Source: an uncultured Acidimicrobiales bacterium (GTDB lineage Bacteria > Actinomycetota > Acidimicrobiia > Acidimicrobiales > SZUA-35). Taken from it: DNA of 64,000 nucleotides. The position numbers and the translations under genes are program-made. Location: assembly GCA_937922045.1 (NCBI GenBank), contig CAKZXA010000004.1:42878-106877 (forward strand), in the 5' to 3' direction. The notes beneath the pieces were generated by a model that saw only the letters and a program-made list of their open reading frames with translations, had not been told where the DNA came from and made no database searches. Positions 54,215 through 63,571 of the stretch are shown here, one piece after another; positions within the stretch are counted from its first letter, which is position 1; each line of letters begins with the position of its first letter.

Positions 54215-55444
54215 ATGTCAGCGACGACCGATGCTCACCCCGAACAGCTCTCCGACGAAGCGGCCGAAGCATTCCGCCACGAGGTGCGGTCATTCCTCGA
54301 AGCCAACGCCGTGCCGAACGCCGACTTCGCCGCCGCCAAGACGTTCCAAGGCAAGCTAGCAGACGCAGGTTTGGCTGGCATCGTCTACGGCAAGGCCTTC
54401 GGCGGTGCGGGGCTCAGCAAGTCTCACGATCGGATCTTCCGCGAAGAGACGTCGAAATTTCCGGCCATGAACAATGATTTCATCATCAGCCATGGCATGT
54501 GCCTACCGGTGCTCAACGACTTTGGCACGGAGGAACAAAAGAGGGCGTTCATGCCCGACAACATCGCAGGACGAACCCTGTGGTGCCAGATGTTCTCCGA
54601 ACCCGGCGCCGGTTCCGATGTGGCCTCGTTGCAGACAAAAGCCGAACGAGATGGCGACGAGTGGATCATCAACGGCCAGAAGGTCTGGACGACGTTGGCT
54701 CATGTCAGCGACTACGCGGTGCTGATTGCGCGCACCAATCCTGAAGCGGTCAAGCACGCCGGCATCTCGATGTTCATCCTGCCGATGAATGCCGAAGGCG
54801 TTGAAATCCGGCCGATCCACCAGATCGATGGTGGTCGGCACTTTAACGAGGTGTTCTTCACCGATGTGCGTCTTCCTGTCGAGAACCTGCTCGGCGAGCT
54901 GAACAACGGTTGGAACCAGGCGACGGCAATGCTCATGTACGAGCGCGTGGCCATCGGCACGATCGGCGGTGGCAAGATCAGCCAGCCGAATTACAAGATG
55001 TTGAAGGCAGCAGCGGAGTCCGGCGACCGGCTGGCCGACGCCAAGGTCCGACAAGACCTCATGCGTATCTATTCGATGGAGACGACCAAGTCGCTGATGG
55101 CGATGCGAACCCGGGCCCAAATGCAGTCTGGTAAGGCCCCGGGTCCTGGCGGTTCACTAGGCAAGCTCTTCGGCTCAGTCATCCAGTGGCGAATGCGCGA
55201 GATGCTTATGAACATGGCCGGGCCAGCCTCACAAGCCTGGTCGGGGGCGTGGGACGATGAGTCGGGCTTGCTGGCCAAACACACCGTCGGCTCGTTCTCA
55301 TCATCGATCGCCGGCGGAACCGATGAGATCCAGCGAAACATCATCGGCGACCGAGTCCTCGGTCTGCCCCGAGACGTCTCGGTCGATCGAGGCGTGGCCT
55401 TCAACGAGCTCACCGTAGGAACACAGCGAGCCAAGGAGCGATAG
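54215..55444 (+). CDS. Acyl-CoA dehydrogenase family protein
   Basis: 409 aa. WCQMFSEPGAGSDVASL, WIINGQKVWTT and a C-terminal IAGGTDEIQRNIIGDRVLGLP. Confidence 0.9.
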   Translation: MSATTDAHPEQLSDEAAEAFRHEVRSFLEANAVPNADFAAAKTFQGKLADAGLAGIVYGKAFGGAGLSKSHDRIFREETSKFPAMNNDFIISHGMCLPVLNDFGTEEQKRAFMPDNIAGRTLWCQMFSEPGAGSDVASLQTKAERDGDEWIINGQKVWTTLAHVSDYAVLIARTNPEAVKHAGISMFILPMNAEGVEIRPIHQIDGGRHFNEVFFTDVRLPVENLLGELNNGWNQATAMLMYERVAIGTIGGGKISQPNYKMLKAAAESGDRLADAKVRQDLMRIYSMETTKSLMAMRTRAQMQSGKAPGPGGSLGKLFGSVIQWRMREMLMNMAGPASQAWSGAWDDESGLLAKHTVGSFSSSIAGGTDEIQRNIIGDRVLGLPRDVSVDRGVAFNELTVGTQRAKER

Positions 55445-55505
55445 GTCTCCATCTGGGCCTTAGCAATAGGCAGCAGAGGCCGACAGGAATCGGATCGAGC
55501 ATCCT

Positions 55506-57230
55506 GTGACTCCTCTGAACAGCTCGGACGTAACGAGCTCTCCGCAATCAGACCTTGGCGCGCCCCAGAAACGCTTCGATGCGGACCAGATTTACCGCTT
55601 CCTCGACCACATCCCAGTCCCGGTTGTCGTGCTCGATCAAACCGTCGATAACACGTTCGCCAATCTGGCCTACTGCCAACTCCTTGGCATGGATCGCGAA
55701 GCGGTCCTCGCCCGGTCGGTGCCCGAAGCGATCCACCCAGCGGACCTCGAAGCGACCACGGCGATGATCGACACAGCCCGCGCTACCGGTTCTTCCACCT
55801 CCGAGCAGCGGATTCGTCACCGAGATGGACATTACTTGCGCGTTCATTGGAGCGTGGTCTACGAACCCACCTCCCTGGGTTTGATGTGTGTGGCCAATGA
55901 TGTGACGATGCATCAGGAGCGACTGGACCATCTCCGAAACGAGGTGCTGCGCGATCCCCTCACCGGCGCCTATAACCGAGCTGGGTTGATGAAGGCCCTC
56001 GAGCGAGCGGTGGCCGAGGAACGATCGGCCGGAATGCTCGTGGCCCTCCTCGACATCGACCGCTTCAAGTCGGTAAACGACCGTCTCGGTCATCATGGCG
56101 GCGACCTCTTGCTTCGCCTCGTCGTTCAGCGTCTCGCCGCAGCATTCGACGAGACGGTAACAATCGGACGTCTGGGCGGTGACGAGTTCGCTGTCGTCGC
56201 TGAGACCGGTGCCCTTGAATCGCCTGCCGCCCTGGGCGAGGCCCTAACCCAGATCTTCGACCATCCGTTCGCTATCGAACATCGGGTTCTCGCCGTCAAA
56301 TCAAGCGTCGGCGTCGTGCAAGCTGAGGGCACCGAGTTGGCCACCACACTTCTCCAACAGGCCGATGCGGCCGCCTATGAAGCCAAGCGCCGAGGACGAG
56401 GCCAAGCTTGTCTTGCAGATGCCGCATTGTTGGCCGCACGCCAGGAAGACATCGAGCTGGAACTAGCGTTGGGCAACGCCCTCGGTACAGGCGCGTTCGT
56501 TCCCTACTTCCAACCGGTTATCGATCTGGCTTCCCTCCAAATCACCTTTCACGAATCGCTGCTTCGATGGCAACAGGAACACGAAACGATCGCTCCGGCG
56601 AGACGGTTCCTCGATATCGCCATGAAAAGCGGCTTGCTGTCGGACATCTCGGCCGAAGTACGAAGCCAGACGTTCGACGTCGCCGCCCAACGACCCGATC
56701 TGACCTTCTCGATCAACCTGTCGAGCAACGAACTCGCCGACCGAGCCCTCACCGGCCACCTTGGCTATCTTGCCCTTGTTTCTGGCATCGACCCTGGAAA
56801 GATTCTGGTCGAGATAACCGAACAGACCATCGCCGAAGACGAACAGAGCGCCCATCGAGCGCTTCGGCAGTTGTCGGAGATCGGCTTCGGTGTCGTCTTA
56901 GACGACTTCGGCAGCGGCTACTCGTCGCTGGCTCAGATCGCTTCCCTGCCGGTCTCGATGGTCAAACTCGACAGAAGCCTGCTCGTTGGCGCCCGTTCGG
57001 GCGGTCGGTCGCTGCAGCTTCTAGCCGCGGCCTACGACCTGTTGGAAGGGCTCGAGATCACCGTCATCGTCGAGGGTGTCGACACGATCGAGGACCACCA
57101 GTTGCTCATCGATCTCGGTGTGCGCTACGCCCAAGGCCACCTCTACGCCTGGCCGACACGAACACCGGTCGAGTCCATCGAGCGACTCACGCCGATGGTC
57201 GGGCTCGAGCATAGGCGGCACGAACCGTAG
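55506..57230 (+). CDS. PAS-GGDEF-EAL signalling protein (c-di-GMP turnover)
   Basis: GTG start. PAS (IPVPVVVLDQTVDNTFANLAYCQLLG), GGDEF domain with an intact GGDEF (RLGGDEFAVV), and an EAL domain with ESLLRW, DDFGSGYSSL, KLDRSL, EGVD and QG motifs. Confidence 0.9.
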   Translation: MTPLNSSDVTSSPQSDLGAPQKRFDADQIYRFLDHIPVPVVVLDQTVDNTFANLAYCQLLGMDREAVLARSVPEAIHPADLEATTAMIDTARATGSSTSEQRIRHRDGHYLRVHWSVVYEPTSLGLMCVANDVTMHQERLDHLRNEVLRDPLTGAYNRAGLMKALERAVAEERSAGMLVALLDIDRFKSVNDRLGHHGGDLLLRLVVQRLAAAFDETVTIGRLGGDEFAVVAETGALESPAALGEALTQIFDHPFAIEHRVLAVKSSVGVVQAEGTELATTLLQQADAAAYEAKRRGRGQACLADAALLAARQEDIELELALGNALGTGAFVPYFQPVIDLASLQITFHESLLRWQQEHETIAPARRFLDIAMKSGLLSDISAEVRSQTFDVAAQRPDLTFSINLSSNELADRALTGHLGYLALVSGIDPGKILVEITEQTIAEDEQSAHRALRQLSEIGFGVVLDDFGSGYSSLAQIASLPVSMVKLDRSLLVGARSGGRSLQLLAAAYDLLEGLEITVIVEGVDTIEDHQLLIDLGVRYAQGHLYAWPTRTPVESIERLTPMVGLEHRRHEP

Positions 57231-58632
57231 CCCCTTCAGCGCCGGGGTTAGGCTCGGCAACCTGTCCTACCCCCAGTCCCCATGCTGTGGCAACGTCGGC
57301 CACATCTCCCCGTTCGACCACGGCGGCAGCCTGCACCGCAGCGCCAGCGGCAACCGCCTCATCGGCGTCCGGGAGATAGATCGCGCGACCGGTAAGATCG
57401 GCGCACCGCTGGCGGTAGGCGGATGATCGAGCGCCACCACCGATCAGGTTGAGGTGTCCGTCGAGGTTGACGCCCACCGCGAGCAGGGCATCTAGCCCGT
57501 CGAGCAGGCCGCATAAAACACCATCGTGGGCGGCCAAGGCGAGCTGCTGGCGTGTCGTCGTTGTTCGTAGGCCTTGGAAGAGGCCGGTGGCATGCGGCAG
57601 GTTCGGTGTTCGTTCACCGTCGAAGTAGGGAACGAGAACCACGCCACCCGAATCACCGTCGGCTTCCGCCGCCAGCGTTGCGAGCCCGGGCGCATCGGTT
57701 CCCAGCCAGGCGGCGACGGTGTCGGTCACCTTCGTGGCGTTGAGGGTGCAGGCGAGCGGAAGGAAAGCACCAGAGGCACTGGCGAAACCTGCGACGAGAC
57801 CGGTTTCGTCCATCGTGGGGGTCGCTGAGACCGAATAAACCGTGCCCGAGGTTCCGAGTGAAAGAGCCGCATCACCAGGCTGCAACCCGAGTCCGAGCGC
57901 TGCTGCCATATTGTCGCCCGTTCCAGGGCCAACGATGACGTCGGCCGGGAGGCCGAGGTGTTCGGCCGCTTCGGGCCCGAGCCGACCGGCTTCAGCCGTC
58001 GGAGCCAGCACGGTCGGCAGCCGCTCAAGCCAGGGAGCGCCGCCAGGGACGGCTTCGGCCAGCAGGTCAGCGTTGTAGCTGCCGGCAACAGGGTCGAACC
58101 AGCCGGTACCGGAAGCATCGCCGCGGTCGGTTACGTGCTGTCCCGTGAGGCGCCAGGTCAGATAGTCGTGGGGCAGCATCACCATCGATGTTCGATCGAT
58201 CGATGCCGGTTCGTTGGCTGCCACCCAGGCCAGCTTCGTGATGGTGAAGGCGGCAACGGGAACGCTGCCGGTGGCCTGAGCCCATCGTGTTGCGCCCAGT
58301 CGATCGACGAGACGTTCCGCTTCCGCCGCCGACGTCGTGTCGTTCCAGAGTTTGGCTGGCCGCACCGAGCGGCCATGCTCATCGAGCAGAACCAGCCCGT
58401 GCTGCTGGCCAGCGACCGAGAGCGCCACCACATCTCGGCGGATTTCACCGAGGGAGGAAACAGCATCGGTCAGAGCCGACCACCACGCCTCCGGGTCTTG
58501 TTCGGATACCGGGGGCTCGGTCGGCGGATGGGGGGCGGTGCCCCTCGCCACAACCCTCCCGGTCACCAGTTCGCGAGCTTCAACCTTCGTGGACTGCGTC
58601 GAGGAGTCGACGCCGAGAACAACAGCAACCAT
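57187..58632 (-). CDS. xylB: Xylulokinase (FGGY carbohydrate kinase family)
   Basis: 481 aa. VLGVDSSTQSTKV, GQQHGLVLLD, GTGDNMAAALG and NLIGGGARS. Its 3' end overlaps the convergent GGDEF-EAL gene by 44 nt. Confidence 0.85.
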   Translation of the reverse strand: MVAVVLGVDSSTQSTKVEARELVTGRVVARGTAPHPPTEPPVSEQDPEAWWSALTDAVSSLGEIRRDVVALSVAGQQHGLVLLDEHGRSVRPAKLWNDTTSAAEAERLVDRLGATRWAQATGSVPVAAFTITKLAWVAANEPASIDRTSMVMLPHDYLTWRLTGQHVTDRGDASGTGWFDPVAGSYNADLLAEAVPGGAPWLERLPTVLAPTAEAGRLGPEAAEHLGLPADVIVGPGTGDNMAAALGLGLQPGDAALSLGTSGTVYSVSATPTMDETGLVAGFASASGAFLPLACTLNATKVTDTVAAWLGTDAPGLATLAAEADGDSGGVVLVPYFDGERTPNLPHATGLFQGLRTTTTRQQLALAAHDGVLCGLLDGLDALLAVGVNLDGHLNLIGGGARSSAYRQRCADLTGRAIYLPDADEAVAAGAAVQAAAVVERGDVADVATAWGLGVGQVAEPNPGAEGATVRAAYARARPSA

Positions 58633-58703
58633 GGACTCATGCTAGGCGTGCTGTGGGAATGCCGGGCTGCTGACGGACAGCCCCTTCGGGTAACGCCGGG
58701 CTA

Positions 58704-58730
58704 CTGTTCGCGACTAGCCGGCGCGAACAG
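58704..58730 (-). terminator. Hairpin downstream of the 790-aa secreted-protein gene
   Basis: 9-bp perfect stem ctgttcgcg / cgcgaacag with a 9-nt loop, 40 nt after the stop at 58771. There is no clear U-tract. Confidence 0.35.
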
Positions 58731-58770
58731 CAACCCGGTCGACTGGCGGGTCGACTCGTGACCTTATCGA

Positions 58771-61143
58771 CTAGCCCAACTCGAGGTCGAAGCTAAGGTC
58801 ACTGTTGCCGGGCCAAAAGTTGTGGACTTCGACCGCGATCACGTTGTTCCCGGCCACGAGGGACGATGCGGAAATCGTCGACGACTTCATCGTCTCGTCT
58901 GCACCTGATGCCCATGCGGTCGGTCTCGTGTTGTACGAGATGGTGCCTGCTGGCATGTTCACCCGATGAACTTCACGTCCGTTGATGTAGACGACGGCTC
59001 CGTCGTCGGCGGCTAGACCGAGCGTGAGCTGATCAAAGGCAGCGGGATCGACGACCGTAAATGTCTTGGCAAAGTAGTAGGCCTCACGTCCGGAGGTCAG
59101 CACGGTGGTTTCGTCACCGTCACCGAACCCGAACTCAGCAGTGCCCTGAGCCGACAGATTCTGACCGTTTTTCCAGTTGGCTGGTGCGGCCGTTCCCTGA
59201 GAATAGGACCAGGCAGAACCGGCCTCGACGAGGGGGCCACCAGGCTGAACAACCGGAGGGTTCTCATCGGATCCGCTGAGTCGCAGATCGAAGCTCAAGT
59301 CGCTGTTGTTGGCCCAGATGTTGTGCACCTCAACGGCGAGCACGTTCGTGCCCTGTCGCAGGGCGCTGCTGGCCACAATGTGGGCCTGCATCTTTTCCTG
59401 GGCGCCCGAACGCCAGCTCGCAGCCTGCGTCGAGTATCGGATCGTGCCTGCGGGCATGTTGTCCCGCAGGATCTCTTGTCCGTTCAGGTAGACGACTGCG
59501 CCATCATCAGCGGCGAGGTCGAGGGCAAGAGAACTCGGAAGTGTTCCTGAGAATTCGAAGCTGGTTCGGGCGTAGTAGGTCGTGTTGCCAGCTGGCCACA
59601 CTCTCGACTCATCACCGTCGCCGAAACCAAACTCGGCGTTGCCGGTCGGCCAGCCGCCGTCGTTGTAGTTCACGTTGCGCCAGCTGGTGCCCAGATCGTT
59701 GCCAGCAGCGTTGTAGCTCCAGGAGTCTCCCGCTGGCACCAGGGCGCTCGCATTGTTGCCACCGGTGTTGGGGTCGAAACCTTCAGGGCAGAACTTTCCG
59801 AAACCGCCGAGCCAGCGGTTCTGGCCACTGTCGAGGCCGCCAACGTGGAAGTCTCCGCCGAGGTAGAGGCAGCCGTTCGTGTCCGAGCCAAAGGCCCAGG
59901 TGCCGTCTCGAGGGCTATTGATGTCGGGGCGGAAACCACCGAGGAGCTGACCGTTCGAAGCGTTGTAGGCCATCGCCAGACGGTGACCGGTACGGCGACC
60001 ACTGAACGACGAATAGTGATTGAGCACGCCATTGCGCGCCGACCGGGTGCAGTGACAGCCGGCGAAGATGATATTGCCGATCCGTTCGCCGACCTGGAAA
60101 GCGCCACCGGAGAAGCCACCGGTGTACTCAAAGCCATCGTTCGAAGCACCCGTGGTGTGAAAGCCGGTCATGTCGTGATCATCGGCTTCGAGGACCTGGA
60201 TGATGTGCTGCTCACCGATGGCGAACACGAGGTCGTTGCCATAGGTGGCGTCAAAGAATTCTGGCTGTGAACGAGGGAAGTTACGAGGGATGTCCTTCTT
60301 GCCGGGAGCGCTCGCTCCGTTGCTCAGGTTCACCGTGTGGAAGTAGCCAGAGCTTGCTTCACCGTTGGCGGCGCTGAAGAAGCCAGCGAGGGTGGCCTCA
60401 CCGAGTTCGGTGGACACATCGATGCCCCAAACGCTGGAGCCGGTGATCTGAGGCTTCCAATTGCCGTCGATGCTTGCGTACTGGTCGGTGAACCGGCCTA
60501 CCTTGTAGACCCTGGTCCGGGCTCCGCCGGAACCGTTGATGTGTGAGAAGTTGCCGGCAACGTAGGTGTCATCACCGATGACTTCAATGTCTCGGACCAT
60601 GGCCCGGGCGTCGGACCAGGGACGGTCCACACGGCCGACGAAGGTCGGATCGATGGCGCCCGTGATTGGATCGAGAGCGACGAGACCACGACGAAGCCGG
60701 CCGTTGACCGCTTCAAACTCGCCGCCGACGAGCAGTGATCCGTTGGGGGCAACATCGAGGGCGTAGACGACTCGGTCGACCGTGGGACGCCAGCTTTCGA
60801 TCCAGTCGCCGGTGTTCAGATCAAAAGCGGCGATGAAGCTCTGTCGGATAGGCGTCGAATTCTTCGACTCCTGAACGTTCAGGAAGCCGCCGCCGACGAA
60901 CATACGATCACCGATCTGGGCGAAGTCCCAGACCAGCACATCGAGGGTCGAGGTCTGTGTCTGGGTTGGATCCTGCCCAGAGACACCCCACGTTCGCAAG
61001 GGAACGAGATCGAGGTTCTGCAGATCGATTGGGGTCTCATTGATTGCGGAAGCTTCGTCGGGTGGCGCTACTGCAACCACCGATACGAGGGCTAGAAGAA
61101 AGGCTGCAGCGGCGAGGGCCGCCTGCCTGGTTGGAAGTTTCAC
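58771..61143 (-). CDS. Secreted protein: N-terminal beta-propeller-like repeat region plus two tandem ~160-aa beta-sandwich (carbohydrate-binding-like) domains
   Basis: GTG start 61143. Signal peptide MKLPTRQAALAAAAFLLALVSVVAVAPPDEASA. Propeller-type repeats (VGGGF..V, LLVGGEFEAVNGRLRRGLVALDPITGAIDPTF). The C-terminal duplication carries AEFGFGDGDE...YY(A/F)(R/K)T(S/F)F...LAADDGAVVY(L/I)NG(Q/R)E...NMPAGTI...AVEVHN(I/F)W..NSDLSFDL. Confidence 0.6.
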   Translation of the reverse strand: MKLPTRQAALAAAAFLLALVSVVAVAPPDEASAINETPIDLQNLDLVPLRTWGVSGQDPTQTQTSTLDVLVWDFAQIGDRMFVGGGFLNVQESKNSTPIRQSFIAAFDLNTGDWIESWRPTVDRVVYALDVAPNGSLLVGGEFEAVNGRLRRGLVALDPITGAIDPTFVGRVDRPWSDARAMVRDIEVIGDDTYVAGNFSHINGSGGARTRVYKVGRFTDQYASIDGNWKPQITGSSVWGIDVSTELGEATLAGFFSAANGEASSGYFHTVNLSNGASAPGKKDIPRNFPRSQPEFFDATYGNDLVFAIGEQHIIQVLEADDHDMTGFHTTGASNDGFEYTGGFSGGAFQVGERIGNIIFAGCHCTRSARNGVLNHYSSFSGRRTGHRLAMAYNASNGQLLGGFRPDINSPRDGTWAFGSDTNGCLYLGGDFHVGGLDSGQNRWLGGFGKFCPEGFDPNTGGNNASALVPAGDSWSYNAAGNDLGTSWRNVNYNDGGWPTGNAEFGFGDGDESRVWPAGNTTYYARTSFEFSGTLPSSLALDLAADDGAVVYLNGQEILRDNMPAGTIRYSTQAASWRSGAQEKMQAHIVASSALRQGTNVLAVEVHNIWANNSDLSFDLRLSGSDENPPVVQPGGPLVEAGSAWSYSQGTAAPANWKNGQNLSAQGTAEFGFGDGDETTVLTSGREAYYFAKTFTVVDPAAFDQLTLGLAADDGAVVYINGREVHRVNMPAGTISYNTRPTAWASGADETMKSSTISASSLVAGNNVIAVEVHNFWPGNSDLSFDLELG

Positions 61144-61320
61144 GTTATGCCGCCTGGGGTTACGGGGTGACGTCGCTCGTCACCGCAGGGGTGTCTCTAC
61201 GAGTGTCCCCGTTCAGGCGAAACGGCGGCAGGGCCAGCGGAACCTCCTTTAGTAGGCGGATTCTCTTAGTTCTTCGGTAGGTCTCGTTGGTTCAGCCCGG
61301 GTGAAACATCCCGAGAGCCC

Positions 61321-61710
61321 CTACAAACTCGCCTCTATGCGCTCCTTGACCCGATTGCGATTGACGCGGAAATCTGGGTCAAGCTCGGTGACCTCCATCG
61401 ACCAGGCAATGGTGAGCGGTCCAGCCTCGCTGGCTAAACGGGCTTCGGCCGCGTCCAGCAGGGCCACGATGAAGCTCTGGCGTTGCTCAACACTGCGGCC
61501 GGGTCCGATGCGGGCGACGATGGCGATGAAGGCGTTGGCAGGGTCGCCATCGGCGACCGCATAATGATGCCGCATCGCAGCCCTTGTTCGCAGTCCCGCT
61601 ACCGCGGCGAGGCCGTGATTGAGAGCGGCCTGGTGAATCGTGTCGACCAGGGCGTCGATGTCGTGGTGTTCAGCGACGTTTGCGGAATACTCAAGAGTCA
61701 GATGCGGCAT
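61321..61710 (-). CDS. 5-carboxymethyl-2-hydroxymuconate isomerase family (tautomerase-like) protein
   Basis: 129 aa starting MPHLTLEYSAN...H.D...L, the family-typical N-terminus (catalytic Pro1 after Met removal). Confidence 0.75.
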   Translation of the reverse strand: MPHLTLEYSANVAEHHDIDALVDTIHQAALNHGLAAVAGLRTRAAMRHHYAVADGDPANAFIAIVARIGPGRSVEQRQSFIVALLDAAEARLASEAGPLTIAWSMEVTELDPDFRVNRNRVKERIEASL

Positions 61711-61814
61711 CGATTGATCCTGTTGTCGAAGATGTTTAACATGTGTACTACTTCGTGTCCCCTGGGCACAAGCCCCTGGCTCCTTGCTCGGAGAACAGGG
61801 TTTGAAAGGAAGCT

Positions 61815-62711
61815 ATGTCACGATTCTTGTCGTATTCCTATGAAGGCGTCCATCACTATGGAGTCGTGACGCAGGATGGCGCCGGCATTGTTGAGCTCGA
61901 CAAGCGGCTCAGCGGCGCCCCTGAACTCGGTTCATTGCTCGCTCAGGGTCGGACGGTTGAAGCTCAAGCATTCGCCGGCGAACCACCCGACCGGGCGCTC
62001 GATCGTGTGACCTTTGAGCGGCTCATACCGTGGCCTTCAAAAATTTTCTGCATCGGCGTTAACTACGGAGGACGGTCGGCAGAATATGCAGACACGAGCG
62101 ACGCCGCCTACCCCTCGGTCTTCGTCCGCTTTCCCGACTCCTTCGTTGGGCATGATCAACCACTCTTGCGCCCACCCGAAAGCCCTCAACTCGATTACGA
62201 GGGTGAGATCGTGGCCGTGATCGGCACCGAGGGGCGACGCATCCCGCTCGACCAAGCCCGCAATCACCTGGCTGGCCTGTCGTTGGCTAACGAAGGTACG
62301 ATCCGCGATTGGGTCCGTCACGCCAAGTTCAACGTGACCCAAGGAAAGAACTGGGAACGGTCTGGCGCTATCGGCCCATGGATGGTGACTATGGACGAGT
62401 TCGACAGTCTCCAAAACCTCGAGCTCACCACCCACGTGAACGGCGAGCTTCGCCAGAGCGACACCCCTGCCACGATGAAGTACTCCATCGACTACCAGAT
62501 TCACTATCTGTCGAGCTTCACCACACTCCGACCGGGCGACCTGATTCTGACCGGAACACCGACGGGGGCTGGAGCTCGCTTCGATCCTCCTATCTGGCTA
62601 AACCCTGGCGATGTCATCGATGTCCATGTGCCGGAAATCGGCACACTTCGAAACATCGTGGCCGACGAATTCCCTGCAGGCTCTCACCACCAGGCACCAT
62701 CACCCCAATAA
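61815..62711 (+). CDS. Fumarylacetoacetate hydrolase (FAH) family protein
   Basis: 298 aa. KIFCIGVNYGGRSAEY, LDYEGEIVAVIG and PGDLILTGTPTGAG are FAH-fold motifs. Divergent from the CHM-isomerase-like gene. Confidence 0.85.
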   Translation: MSRFLSYSYEGVHHYGVVTQDGAGIVELDKRLSGAPELGSLLAQGRTVEAQAFAGEPPDRALDRVTFERLIPWPSKIFCIGVNYGGRSAEYADTSDAAYPSVFVRFPDSFVGHDQPLLRPPESPQLDYEGEIVAVIGTEGRRIPLDQARNHLAGLSLANEGTIRDWVRHAKFNVTQGKNWERSGAIGPWMVTMDEFDSLQNLELTTHVNGELRQSDTPATMKYSIDYQIHYLSSFTTLRPGDLILTGTPTGAGARFDPPIWLNPGDVIDVHVPEIGTLRNIVADEFPAGSHHQAPSPQ

Positions 62712-62779
62712 GCGGCTTGGCGTGGTGGCGACTTCGTTCGCAGGTTGGTTTAACGAACCGTCGGCGCTTGCATAAAGGC

Positions 62780-63571
62780 GTGAACTCCTCGGACAACCCT
62801 CGCTCTGCTTTCGATCCTCACGTATGGGTTATCGACCTCGATGGCGTCGTCTGGCTCGGCGATCACTCGATCCCTGGTAGCGCCGAGGCGATCAGACGGC
62901 TACAAGACGCTGGACGGGCTGTAGTTTTCGCCACCAACAACGCCTCGATGACACCGGAAGCCTTCGAGACCAGGCTCAACGGTCACGGCATCAGCAGTTA
63001 CGGAAACGTCGTGACGTCGGCCCAGGCGGCCGCCACCCTGGTGACCGCTGGCGAGCGGGTCTACGTGATCGGGGAAGCAGGCCTGATCGACGCTGTTAGC
63101 GCAGCTGGCGCTGAGCTCGTCGGCGGCCACGACGACGGCCCAATCGACGCTGTCGTGATGGGCATCACCCGCAGCTTCGACTACGACATGTTACGTCACG
63201 CAACCCGCTCGGTTCTGGCTGGCGCCCGCCTCATCGCCTCCAACACCGACACCACGTTCCCCGCTTCCGATGGGATCGATCCTGGCAACGGAGCGCTGGT
63301 TGCGGCCGTGGAAACAGCAACTGGACGCCGTGCCGAGGTTGCAGGCAAACCACATCAGGCCATGGCGAAACTCGTCGCTTCCCAATGGCAAGGACAGGGG
63401 ATCTGCGTCGGCGACCGACCGGAGACCGACGGCGACTTCGCCGTTGAGCTTGGCTATGCCTTCGGCCTCGTTTTCTCGGGCGTAACCCTTGAGGCGGATC
63501 TTCCGGTCAGGCCAGAACCGCGCATCGTTGCGGCCGATCTTGAGCGACTCGTCGAGTCGGTCTTGGATTAG
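62780..63571 (+). CDS. HAD-superfamily subfamily IIA hydrolase (NagD-like)
   Basis: Only the last ~263 aa of ORF 62309-63571 are protein-like: VWVIDLDGVVWLG (motif I DxD), VFATNNAS (motif II) and GDRPETDG (motif IV). GTG 62780 or TTG 62768 are candidate starts, and neither has a good SD. Confidence 0.7.
   Translation: MNSSDNPRSAFDPHVWVIDLDGVVWLGDHSIPGSAEAIRRLQDAGRAVVFATNNASMTPEAFETRLNGHGISSYGNVVTSAQAAATLVTAGERVYVIGEAGLIDAVSAAGAELVGGHDDGPIDAVVMGITRSFDYDMLRHATRSVLAGARLIASNTDTTFPASDGIDPGNGALVAAVETATGRRAEVAGKPHQAMAKLVASQWQGQGICVGDRPETDGDFAVELGYAFGLVFSGVTLEADLPVRPEPRIVAADLERLVESVLD

Noticed and set aside
53853-54359. 168-aa plus-strand ORF spanning the bcp / ACAD intergenic region
   Set aside because: It runs through the divergent promoter region and into the acyl-CoA dehydrogenase gene in a different frame. 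Its composition is Arg/Pro-rich. The minus-strand PrpD-like fragment explains part of the region better.
61160-61250. A strong SD-like AAGGAGG (complement of 61243-61249) about 100 nt upstream of the 790-aa gene, with a possible 25-codon upstream ORF
   Set aside because: The only in-frame initiator after it is CTG, the peptide has no recognisable features, and I cannot test conservation. I kept it only as part of the 5' region description.
62309-62779. N-terminal 157 aa of the 420-aa ORF 62309-63571
   Set aside because: This part overlaps the FAH-family gene in another frame and is Arg/His-rich. HAD-IIA homology (DLDGVVW motif I) begins only after about 62780, so I trimmed the gene.
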